The translations under genes were made by a program, and so were the position numbers. The notes beneath the pieces are model-generated. The model was given only the letters and a program-made list of their open reading frames with translations, searched no databases and was not told the origin of the DNA. Positions 26,401-35,959 of a stretch of 64,000 nucleotides of DNA are shown one piece after another (the stretch's first letter is position 1; every line of letters starts with the position of its first letter). Source of the stretch: Callorhinchus milii (taxonomy: Eukaryota); contig NW_024704743.1 of assembly GCF_018977255.1 (NCBI RefSeq), positions 24,802,001-24,866,000 on the forward strand. Reading direction: 5' to 3'.

Positions 26401-29400
26401 ATTGACCAATCATCTCCTGGCTGTTTGTGAAATATTCTGCAGGCAAATTGGTTGCTCCATTTTCCCACACAATAACTACACCTTTCCAGAAAAAAAAGTG
26501 AAGTACTTTGAGACATTCCTACATGATCAGGCACTGTATCAAATGTAAAACTTATTATTATTATAAGATTATTATTATTAACCAACAATTAACAGCCATA
26601 TGTTCAGTGCATAAGGTCCACCTTTCATCAAAGGCATTATTGCATTTTTCATAGCAGGCACTTTGCCGAAATCTACAAAAAGAAGTGGGAGAAGTGGCTA
26701 TTTTTTAATGAACAAAGAACTGTTGACCACCATTGTAGTTGTGTATTTTACATGGTAAATTTGAATTCTTACTAACAAATAATTAGTTAATATAATTCAC
26801 TGATGCTTGGCATTTTTTGGCCAAGATGTAGGTTGATACACGTCCGATGTCCCTATGAAGGTATTTGTTTGAATAAAAGATTTTTGTAGTATAAGATTTA
26901 AAAGAATTATTAATAATAAAAGAAAATACCGAGGCCACAAACCTTGATTATGGGCTTCAATAGTCATGCACACTGACTCTAGAACATTAGCTGCAAGGGC
27001 TTTCAGCATATTAAAACTCGGAACATCATAGATGTATTTCTCGGTAGGTTTGCTGGAAATGTCTTGAAGTTCCTTTTGGTCTTGAACATTAATTCCAACA
27101 ACGTAAGTTGTGACACTGCCCTGTTTGAGCTGGCGAGCTGCGTGCACAACTTCAGTAGTGGATCCTCCATCCGTGATCAACACAGCGAACTGCTGGACAT
27201 TTTCTGTCTTTCGACTCCCTGCTGATGGGATAAAATGTTGGGTTTGGAGAAATTCCAGGGCCGTTCTTGTGTTGGTTCCACCTCTTTTCTGTGTCAGTCT
27301 TTGCAGATAATTCAAGATGTCTTGCTTTGATGAAAATCTCTTCAGGAGAAACTCTGTATTTGGATTATCGCTGTACTGAACCAGCCCAATTCTTATTTTG
27401 TCACGACCAATATCAAGACCACTGACAAAGGTGCTTAGAAATGCCTTGACGTCTTCAAAGTTCTCATCGTTTATGCTTGTTGAACCATCCACCATGAAAA
27501 CAATGTCGGCAACTGTGGCTCTCCTACACGCTAAAGACAAAACAATAACACTTAAAAGTACTTGCAAAGCAAATAGGTGGAAAAAGATTTTGAACTGCGA
27601 TGCACGTTGGTAAAAAATATAACTTCTTCATCCATCCATACCAGTTTTACAAGGAAAAGAAAAGAAAGAAATGTGTCCAAATTACACATAGCAAAGCTAT
27701 AGGAAAAGCTGAAGTGGCGAGGCAAAGCATTTTACCAGCTGTTCCAAGTGTGATACTTCATTAAGGCTACCAAATGGGAAAAAAACTGGAACAGTTTGAT
27801 ATAATTATCAAAAGACATCAATTGGGAAAGCAATCACAGCTCGAGCAGAGAATAAAAGTATCAGGGGTCAGTTCAGAAGTATTTTTTGAAGGCTATCACA
27901 CTAAACGTATCTGGGTGTGAACAAAGTGGAATCCCACATATATCAGTAGGTATGTCTGAGACGCTAGATTTAATAAATCCCCCCAAAATGTTTCCTACTA
28001 GCCAGCAATCAACAGTGATGATCCAAAGCCTGAAGTTTAATACAATATTTGATGTGATAAATATCAAATTTACCGCTGAATTCACCCAAATGTGAAAGGA
28101 AAATTATCCTATCGAAGCAAATAGACTGAACGTGATTAGCCATCCAACTGAGTATGTAAACCCCAGTCTGAATCATTCCTTGGAATCGTACCTGGTGACA
28201 TCTCAAACTCCTGTAACACCTGTGTTACTTGGCTTGCGCCTTCCTCCACTGTGCTACAAAGTAGCTGTATTATCACCTGAGATATTCCTCTCAATGCAGC
28301 AAAGTCCGGCATGTTGTACACATACGTTTCAGGTGGGTCGCTCGCTATATCATATAGTTCTTTTTCAACAGCATCTCTGATGCCAATGGCAATAACAATA
28401 ATTCCTTTGTTTTTCAATGCTTGAGCTGGTAGTCCAACCCTGTCCTGAGATTTCCCATCTGTTAGGACAATGGCCACCTGTGGTATTCCACGCGCAGCTC
28501 TGCTTCCTGCAGACTCTGTAAAGTGGTTGTTCAATATGAAATTGAGACCCAAGCCAGTTCTCGTGCCTCCTCCTTTGTACGGCAGCTGCTGCAGGTACTG
28601 TAGAATCTCAGTTTTGCTGCTGTAGCTGTTGAGCAGGAATTCAGTCCGAGGGGTGCTGCTGTACTGGACCAGGCCTACTCGGACTTTATCTTCTCCGATA
28701 TCAAATGCATTTACTAGAGTATAGAGAAACTCTCGAACCCTTCTGAAGTTTTGGGATCCTATACTCCATGATCCATCCACTAGGAACACAATATCTGCTA
28801 CAGAGGACTCCTTGCAGACTTCAAAAACAAAAGTATTACATTGTTACTATTATACATCAAAATAAGTTAATAATCACAAATGTCGACTCCAGTCATCAGT
28901 ACTGATTATTAGCCTGTAAAATTACTTTAATCCTAGTTAATATTACTAACATTAATATTCTATACAAATACTGTCACTATTGTTGATCAGCAGATAAATA
29001 GGTAAAATGGCAGTTAACACTGTCAATAATTATAAATTAATAATTGTATAAATACTGTTCTCAATCAATGTAAGGTAATAATTATCATAAATACTGGGGC
29101 CAGCACATGGCCATTAGTAAAAATCATGATCTTTTCATAACATCTATAAAAATGAGATGAAAATTAAGGGCCAGAATAGAATTAATTTAGTCTGCTGTGT
29201 TGCCGACTCAAGTCTGCTGGGTACTGAGTTGAGGCTAACCACTTTCAAGTAAATAATATTGACAGTTTTTAAATGGACCTGTACAAATAAATGCAAAAAT
29301 GAGGGAAATATTATCATACACACAATTTACGAACACAGTCTGCCTCTACCACCTTCCTTGTTAGGTTGTTGCACACATTCACCATTTTGTGATTCTTTAA

Positions 29401-30034
29401 GTGTACTTCGATTTTCTGTTCTAAGCTTGAGACACTACCCTGCATGGAGGGCACTACATAAGTGCAAGATGTTGTTGTGAGTCTGTGCCTCATTGTTCTA
29501 TATTTGTTGTTCATGGCAAATATATTATAAGGATCTTGAAATGTCTGCCGAGTGCCATGAAATGATTATCATTATTTATATTATATTATCCAGTGTGATC
29601 ATTTCCAGTTATGTGCGGTTTCCTGGTAATTCAAGTATCTAATTCTCATTACCAATTTAGCTACCTTGTACTGTTCCTTCTCCAATGCCAAAATGCTACT
29701 CCTGTAATATGAAGACTGTAATACAAAACTTCCCTCAGTAAGATCTGCACCTGGTGAATGGTATACATAAGCAAAGTTGAGAAAGGCAGAGCGGTTGAAT
29801 GTGGGATGCTTGCACTGACGGCCAATAAATATCAATTGGTTTGGATTACAATGTTCAGTGATGTGATACTTATATTTACGCCATCTTTACATTTACATCT
29901 TTTTGAGGTTTCATTCTATTAAGTAAATCACTGCTGTATTTGAACAAAGTAGAAAGAGTACCAATCTGCTGAGACTCAGTGAAGCACAGATTTGCTGTGA
30001 TCAGGAAGGCAATGAGCACTTCAAACACACCCAT
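5403..30034 (-). CDS. COL6A6: Long-chain collagen VI gene (COL6A6-like, COL6A4/5/6 clade), 3'-partial. 17 coding exons: 29962-30034, 28192-28818, 26943-27530, 25641-26261, 21127-21747, 17639-18199, 15905-16465, 14911-15486, 12807-13376, 11743-12092, 11122-11200, 9960-10105, 8777-8869, 8339-8392, 7919-7990, 6609-6635, 5403-5447
   Basis: Signal peptide, eight single-exon VWA domains (DxxFLxDGSxS type), a split N1 domain ([12 protein letters not shown]), a [10 protein letters not shown] linker, then Gly-X-Y exons of 54/72/27/45 bp. All junctions are AG/GT (one GC) with compatible phases, giving 1888 codons. Exact orthology (A4, A5 or A6) is not resolved. Confidence 0.9.
6106..6459 (+). mobile_element. 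tRNA-Ala-derived SINE (long form)
   Basis: GGAGTCCTGTAGCTCAGTGGTTAGAGC head (A box), L2-like 3' tail, (ATT)n end. Confidence 0.85.
6609..6635 (-). CDS. col6 triple-helix micro-exon, GARGYQGEK
   Basis: 27 bp; acceptor ctttcag, donor gtaaat. Confidence 0.85.
6662..7837 (-). mobile_element. 5'-truncated L2 LINE
   Basis: [38 protein letters not shown], (GTT)n tail. Confidence 0.9.
7919..7990 (-). CDS. col6 triple-helix exon, [24 protein letters not shown] (contains the helix Cys)
   Basis: 72 bp of Gly-X-Y; poly-T acceptor; donor is AAG|gcaagg (GC). Confidence 0.88.
8339..8392 (-). CDS. col6 triple-helix exon, [18 protein letters not shown]
   Basis: 54 bp; acceptor ttgcag, donor gtaagt. Confidence 0.9.
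8777..8869 (-). CDS. col6 junction exon, [31 protein letters not shown]
   Basis: Manual translation; Cys-rich linker running into Gly-X-Y; 93 bp, phase 0-0. Confidence 0.92.
9065..9495 (+). mobile_element. Old Deu-domain-like SINE remnant followed by the 3' part of the tRNA-SINE
   Basis: GGCTCAGTTAGTAGC head, ATAATCCAGGCTGACAC core (antisense copy near 49700-49930), SINE tail 9340-9495. Confidence 0.45.
9960..10105 (-). CDS. col6 N1 domain exon c, [11 protein letters not shown]...[13 protein letters not shown]...LLTEI
   Basis: ORF 9933..10169; EFGRGF motif typical of long col6 chains; 146 bp, donor gtaagt. Confidence 0.9.
11122..11200 (-). CDS. col6 N1 domain exon b, [26 protein letters not shown]
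   Basis: Manual translation; VWA hallmark VIFTDG; 79 bp, phase 0-1. Confidence 0.88.
11743..12092 (-). CDS. col6 N1 domain exon a, [12 protein letters not shown]...ESGTNVK
   Basis: ORF 11602..12105; 350 bp, phase 1-0, donor AAG|gtaaga. Confidence 0.9.
12385..12672 (-). mobile_element. L2 3' fragment
   Basis: GGWAFS...LWNSIPQSL...[14 protein letters not shown] tail. Confidence 0.8.
12807..13376 (-). CDS. col6 VWA exon 8 (N2), [19 protein letters not shown]...
   Basis: ORF 12730..13383; 570 bp, phase 1-1, donor G|gtatgt. Confidence 0.92.
14911..15486 (-). CDS. col6 VWA exon 7 (N3), [20 protein letters not shown]...
   Basis: ORF 14903..15469; 576 bp, phase 1-1. Confidence 0.92.
15905..16465 (-). 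CDS. col6 VWA exon 6 (N4), [20 protein letters not shown]...
   Basis: ORF 15900..16529; 561 bp, phase 1-1. Confidence 0.92.
17639..18199 (-). CDS. col6 VWA exon 5 (N5), [20 protein letters not shown]...
   Basis: ORF 17604..18281; 561 bp, phase 1-1, donor G|gtaaga. Confidence 0.92.
18357..20300 (-). mobile_element. CR1 LINE, rearranged and degenerate
   Basis: [27 protein letters not shown], endonuclease [15 protein letters not shown]; (CTATGATT)n tail at 18357-18372. Confidence 0.88.
21127..21747 (-). CDS. col6 VWA exon 4 (N6), [21 protein letters not shown]...
   Basis: ORF 20987..21766; 621 bp, phase 1-1, donor G|gtgagg. Confidence 0.92.
22016..24452 (-). mobile_element. L2 LINE, about 2.4 kb, from the endonuclease C-terminus through RT to the 3' tail, frameshifted
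   Basis: [46 protein letters not shown]. Confidence 0.92.
24825..25100 (+). mobile_element. CR1 3' end fragment
   Basis: TTCTTTACCCAGAGAGTGGTGGAATGTGGAAC...GGGCTGAATGGCCTGTTTCTGTGCT. Confidence 0.7.
25641..26261 (-). CDS. col6 VWA exon 3 (N7), [20 protein letters not shown]...
   Basis: ORF 25561..26208 extended to the acceptor ttcacag; 621 bp, phase 1-1. Confidence 0.9.
26943..27530 (-). CDS. col6 VWA exon 2 (N8), [20 protein letters not shown]...
   Basis: ORF 26797..27567; 588 bp, phase 1-1, ag/gt boundaries. Confidence 0.9.
28192..28818 (-). CDS. col6 VWA exon 1 (N9), [21 protein letters not shown]...
   Basis: ORF 28136..28789; acceptor ttttgaag, donor CCAG|gtacga; 627 bp, phase 1-1. 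Confidence 0.9.
29962..30034 (-). CDS. Long-chain col6 first coding exon, signal peptide [24 protein letters not shown]
   Basis: ATG at 30034 in the context gtcaaaATGG. Hydrophobic core. Phase-1 donor G|gtactc matches the next exon. Acceptor ttcatctacag at 30060-30061 shows that untranslated exon(s) lie upstream. Confidence 0.85.
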
Positions 30035-30188
30035 TTTGACAGAACCTTGGGTTGTCTTCCTGTAGATGAATACAAATAAAAATCAGTTACAGACATGGGT
30101 CCAGATTTGACATTATTCTACAGTTTTAAATCCGTTTCTCATCCTTTATTGATGTAAATATAATCATCGCTCAATGATTCAAAGCATA

Positions 30189-31987
30189 AGAGGGGATTCA
30201 GATATGAAGAAAGACTTGAGAATTTTTTTTCAATATAGGGGAAATCTTATTGTGGAGGCAGAGGGCATGGCTGATGTGTTGAATGAGTACTTTGCATCTG
30301 TCTTCACAAAAGAAGTGGATGCACCAAATGCCACAGTATCGGAGGAGAAGGTAGAGGAAATGGATAGGATAAGTATAAACAGAGAGGAAGTACTGAAAAG
30401 GTTGACTGCGCTGAAGATAGATAAGTCGCCCGGTCTGGACGGATGGCAACCAAGATTACTATGGGAGGCACGGGTCAAATAGCGGAGGCTTTGGCTACAA
30501 TTTTTCAATCTTCGTTGGACACAGGAGTGGTGCCAGAGGACTGGAGAGTGGCCAATGTGACTCCCCTGTACAAAAAGGGACAGAAGGACAAACCTGGGAA
30601 CTACAGGCCAGTCAGCCTAACATCAGTAGTGGGGAAACTCCTGGAGACTATAATCCGGGACAGAATAAATCTTCACTTAGAAGAATATGGGTTAATTAGG
30701 GACAGCCAACATGGATTTGTTAAAGGCAAATCTTGTCTAACAAATCTAATAGAATTTTTCGATGAGGTAACGGAGAGGGTGGATAAAGGTAGTGCAGTTG
30801 ATGTAGTTTATATGGACTTTCAAAAGGCATTTGACAAAGTGCCACATGAAAGACTTGTAAGAAAGATAGAAGCCCATGGTATAAAAGGGACAGTGGCAGC
30901 ATGGATCCAGAACTGGCTGGGAGACAGAAAGCAGAGAGTTGTGGTGAACGGCTGCTTTTCTGACTGGAGGGAAGAGTACAGTGGCGTCCCCAGGGATCGG
31001 TATTAGGACCACTGCTCTTCTTAATATACATAAATGATCTGGACTTGGGTATAGCAAGCACCATTTCCAAGTTTGCGGATGACACAAAGTTAGGTAGGGT
31101 AGTAAACAGTGAGAAGGATAGAAGCCAACTGCAGGAAGACATAGACAGAATGGTAAAATGGGCAGACACATGGCAGATGAGTTTCAATATGGAGAAATGC
31201 GAGGTAATGCACTTTGGTAGAAAGAATGAGGGAAGGTAATATAGACTAGGTAATACAATCTTAAGGGGGGTAAAAGAACAGAGAGATGTAGGGGTGCAGG
31301 TAAATGAATCCTTGAAGGTGGCAGGACAGGTAAAGCTGTAAAAAGGGCATATGGGATACTAGGCTTTATAAATCGGGGCAGAGTACAAGAGTCAGGAGGT
31401 TATGATTAACCTATATAAAACACTGGTTAGGCCTCAGTTAGAATACTGCGCCCAGTTCTGGGCACCACACTATAGGAAGGATGTTAAGGCATTGGAAAGG
31501 GTGCAGAGGAGATTTACGAGGATGGTACCAGGAATGAGGGACCTTGATTATGAGGAAAGGCTAGAGAGGCTGGGATTATTCTCATTGGAGCAGAGAAGGT
31601 TACGAGGAGACCTAATAGAGGTTTTCAAAGTCATGAGGGGACTTGATAGGTTAGAAAGGGAAAAATTGTTTCCACTAGTGGGTGTGTCGGTGACTCGAGG
31701 TCACAGATTCAAAATAGTTTCTAAAAGAAGTAGAGGGGAGGTGAGAAGAATATTTTTCACGCAGCGAGTTGTTCGAATCTGGAATGCATTGCCTGAAAGG
31801 GTGGTCGAGGCCGAATCGATAACAACTTTTAAAAACGCGGTGGACGGGTATTTGAGGAGGACGGGTTTGTAGGGTTATGGGGAAAGGGCTGGGGAGTGGG
31901 ATTGACATTAATTTCTCTATTCAAAGAGCCGGCACAAACTCAATGGGCCGAATGGCCTCTTTTTGTGCTGTATGAGTCTATGATTCA
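30189..31987 (+). mobile_element. 5'-truncated CR1 LINE (RT plus 3' UTR), frameshifted
   Basis: ORFs 30443..31006 (PGNYRPVSLTS, YMDFQKAFDKVPH), 31045 (KFADDTKLG), 31402 (RPQLEYCAQFWAP); 15-bp target-site duplication. Confidence 0.95.
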
Positions 31988-32811
31988 CAGCATATACCAA
32001 AATGCATACTATATTTACAGTATTTTATGCATCTTCTATTGTTTAATATCAGTATCCATCATTGGAATATATATAACAGGTCTATACTAGATAGTTTCCT
32101 CTTATGCAATGTTGTAGCTGGCTCAGTAATAACAGAATGATCTAATTTCTATTAATTTATAGAATATACCAATGACCTGAAGGTGAACTGTGGGTCAGAT
32201 TGGATGAACTCTTAGATGGTTCTCGCAGAAGAAGAAAAACAGCTTGTTTTTACATTATTCATGTAACAATTGGAGCAGTGTACATTAAAATGTAGAGGAG
32301 ATTGAAGGGGCTCGATTTAAGTCAAAGGAGACTAACAGTAGGAACATAATTGAAAAGGTGAAGTAAATTTGGAAGAGAGTTTCACAGGAGTGAGCATGGT
32401 TGCTGAAGACTCAGCTTTCAATAGAACCTTAGAAAGGCCAGAAGTAGGCCATTCAGCCCAATAGTGGAGCAAAGAGATACAACTAGCAGAGGTCAAAGCA
32501 CAGAATGCAGGCTAGAAGATAAGGCTGTTGAAAATTTGATACAGAGTGGAGCAATGCCATGGAGGGATTTAAAAATAAATATGGAAGTACTGAAATTAAG
32601 CGTGGGACAAGGAGCCATTGGAATGTGACAAGAACAGAGGTGCACAAGTGCAGAATTTTGTATAAATCATGGGTTTAGTGTCCATATGTACATCATTGAC
32701 AATTAACTATTGCCCATTTTCAAGCTGAGCAGGACAAGACTTGAGTTTTGGATGAGTTGAAGTTTGTGAAGGGTGGAGCCAACTTAGCAGCCCAATAGGG
32801 AGAATATCTGA

Positions 32812-33005
32812 AATAATAATATTCATAATCCTTGCATTTGATATAGCGCCTTATCACGTCTTTGAGACGTCTCAAAGCGCTTCACAGAATATACTGTAAA
32901 GTGAACTGACTGTATATTTTGTAGGCAAAACCTGGTAGCCATTTGCGCACAGCAGTGTCCCACAAACAGTTGTGGATTGAGTGACCAATTTATTATTATT
33001 ATTTT
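32812..33005 (-). mobile_element. tRNA-SINE 3' half
   Basis: Reverse complement of the SINE tail. Confidence 0.8.
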
Positions 33006-33266
33006 TTCCCTAGATATGATTAAGGTATGGATAACAACAACATTGAATGGAGAATTTGATAAACATCTGGAGGGAAAAGGCTCAGAGAAAGAATAGGTAA
33101 TTGAGATATAGTTCTCTTCATGGAAGAGTTGATACCAGGCCAGACTTCTGGAGGATATCCCAAAGCATTTCACAAGATGAATAGCCTCTTTTCCAATGTG
33201 CTGAATGGCTTCATTCTGTATTTTGATTTTGTAAGCTTTCTATAAAGATTTCACCAGTGATGATAA

Positions 33267-33595
33267 AGTGTCCTGTAGCTCAGTGGTTAGAGCACTCGCT
33301 TTGCAAGCGAGAGACCTGAGTTCAATTCCAGGCAGAGGGCGAAACCTTGGGCAAGTTTCCTTACTCCACACAGAGCCTAATAATAATCCCTCCAAAACCA
33401 AAAACAATAATAAATTGGTCATTTTCAATCCATTACTGTTTGTGGGACATTGCTGTGCGCAATTGGCTGCCGCGTTTCGCCCACAAATATACAGTCAATT
33501 CACTTTACAGTATATTCTGTGAAGCGCTTTGGGACGTCCTCCCGACGTGAAAAGCGCTATATCAAATGCAAGGATTATTATTATTATTATTATTA
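33267..33595 (+). mobile_element. tRNA-SINE (short form)
   Basis: A/B box head and (ATT)n tail. Confidence 0.88.
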
Positions 33596-34489
33596 TGGCT
33601 CAAAGTTGCTAATATTACAGAGCTGTCTGGGCAACAAAGTAGATGTGTAGTTGAAGCTTAACTTAGGATCAAACAGAAACCTTCCCTAACTCCAACTTCA
33701 GCACAGTTAAAGAGGTTAATTAAATTTGAGTCAGAAGCACACTGGTGCTGGCAAGAATACTTAATGTCTGGCAACTTTCTATCCTCCTTCCATCAGCAAA
33801 ATATGCTAAAAAAAGAAATACACAGATTTCTTCATTAACTTACAGCAGAAAGCTCGATATCCACACTATTTGGGAACAGTTTTACTGCATATATTAAAAT
33901 AGTGTGGATTATTGTGCAGCCTCTCTTCATTATTCCTTTCTCAGATTCTGATAGCCTGAAGTTTAATTATTTCAGATTTAATATCATTTGGATGAATCTT
34001 CCTGAATCCACAGCAAAGTTTCAAAATCATCCTTTAAAAGATTACATCTAACAAGCGAGCTATGTGGAACAAATTTGTTTATCAATTAAACCAATTGCAA
34101 ATTCCCAAATTAATATAGGTCAATCACTGTCTGACAAAACCCCTTTAAGGGAGAAAAACTATTCTACAAAATTGGAAAGAGTGGGATCATAATAGTTCTA
34201 TAAGCCATGCTATAAGCCATCCAGGAAATTGTCCCACACAAACAAATTTCCTTGGATTCAGATGCCAGGAGAACAAATATTCAGCAATATGGAACTAACT
34301 GCAAGCTACATGTTCAAATGAATAATATCTGACTTTTCTAACCTTTTCTGTATCATCAAATCCTGCCAAAATAAGATTATTAGATTTACTTCATTAAGTA
34401 CAGTACTCAGCCCTTAATACCTGCACTATATGGGATCAGCCCAGTGTAGATATAAAAACTCTCCACATAAAATACAATGTGTAGTACAA

Positions 34490-34660
34490 TAATAATAATC
34501 CTAGCATTTGAAATAGCGCCATCGAGACGTTTCAAAACACTTCACAGAATATACTGTAAAGTGAATTGACTGCATATTTTGTAGGCGAAACCCGGCAGCC
34601 AATTGCACACAGCAGTGTCCTACAAACAGCCATGGCCTGAATGACCAAATTATTATTAGT
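34490..34660 (-). mobile_element. tRNA-SINE 3' half
   Basis: Reverse complement of the SINE tail. Confidence 0.8.
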
Positions 34661-34842
34661 ATTTATGAATGCATCTTTTAGTTAATACATAATGAATCCT
34701 ATTTATTTACTGTCCAAAAATACAAATTATATTGTCACTCTACAGTGCTGTTTTCTTTCTTTCTCTCAGATCCCCATCAGAGCACCACCTCTTCCCTAAT
34801 TACAGCAGTAGCCCTTCTTGCTCCATATATTCTTATATATTA

Positions 34843-35097
34843 AGTGAGACACCTGGGTTCAATTCCAGGCAGGGCGAAACCTTGGGCAAGTTTCCTTACT
34901 CCACACGTCTAATAATAATCCCTCCAAAGAAACAAAAAACAATAATAAATCGGTCATTAGCAATCCACAACTGTTGCTGTGCGCAATTGGCTGCTACGTT
35001 TTGCCCACAAATATACGGTCAATTCACTTTAGAGTCTATTCTGTGAAGCGCTTTGAGACGTCGAGAAGACGTGAAAAGCATTATATCAAATGCAAGG

Positions 35098-35128
<31 letters not shown>
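34843..35128 (+). mobile_element. tRNA-SINE (short form, 5'-truncated)
   Basis: B box GGTTCAATTCC and (ATT)n tail. Confidence 0.85.
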
Positions 35129-35130
<2 letters not shown>

Positions 35131-35959
35131 TGACTTTTTTTCTGTATTTTCTGTATTCTGAGATCACTTTGAATGGGCAAACTAAAAAATTTCACCTGAC
35201 AGGTAAAATACACCAATATACACGTGCAATAAATATTCTCAGGGGTGATGACAGTTTTGAAAGGGAGGGGTACCATTGTCGGGTTATGCATAAGACAAGA
35301 CAGATTTGAACCTCGGCTGAACGTCTCGTCCCGCGGTAGCATTGCTTTGTTGTAATCTCTCCATGGTGTAACTTTATAGTACTAATAAAGCTTGACTTAA
35401 CAGATTTTACCTAAAAGGAATGCTGGGTGACCTTGTTTGATATCTAACATCGTGCTGGAGGAAAGAGGAGGTTGACAATGTTACCTAGGCAGGGTGACAA
35501 GGGGCAGCTGGGTGGACAGCAACTACATCGGAATGGAATCAAGGGAGTAGGTGTCAAATTTCATGCAAGAGATGAGGAGATGAATGAGGGGGAGATGGGT
35601 TTGCAAGGTGTGAACAACAACAAAATACAACAAAATTGCATTTATAGAGTGCCTTTCACGTCGGCAGGATGTCCGAAAAGCGCCGAGGGTGTGCGAGTAG
35701 GAGAGGAAGGGAGAGGAAATGGAGGTAGCCAAGGCGATTTTATTAATTTTGGTTACCAGGAAGTCCAGGATATCCTCAAACTAGACGTTCCAGCATGAAG
35801 AATTGAAGCACTCCTCTGTACAACTCAACTTAGGAAAATTGAATTTCTTATCTGTCTTAGACAATCTATATTAATAACAACGTAATGTCTGTATGTCTGT
35901 CGGAGTTGGGCTGGTGGTGGGTGATGGTTGGCTTGGTAAGACCATGGGGTTTCCGGGAT

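Noticed and set aside
12944..28380. Plus-strand ORFs overlapping VWA exons (for example 12944, 15033, 18013, 27110)
   Set aside because: They are antisense shadows of the collagen exons.
5403..30034. Calling the long-chain gene COL6A3, COL12A1, matrilin, or a definite pseudogene
   Set aside because: The N1 and linker motifs fit the a4/5/6 clade better and there are no FN3 or EGF exons. I found no stop or frameshift in the 1888 spliced codons, so pseudogene status is unsupported.
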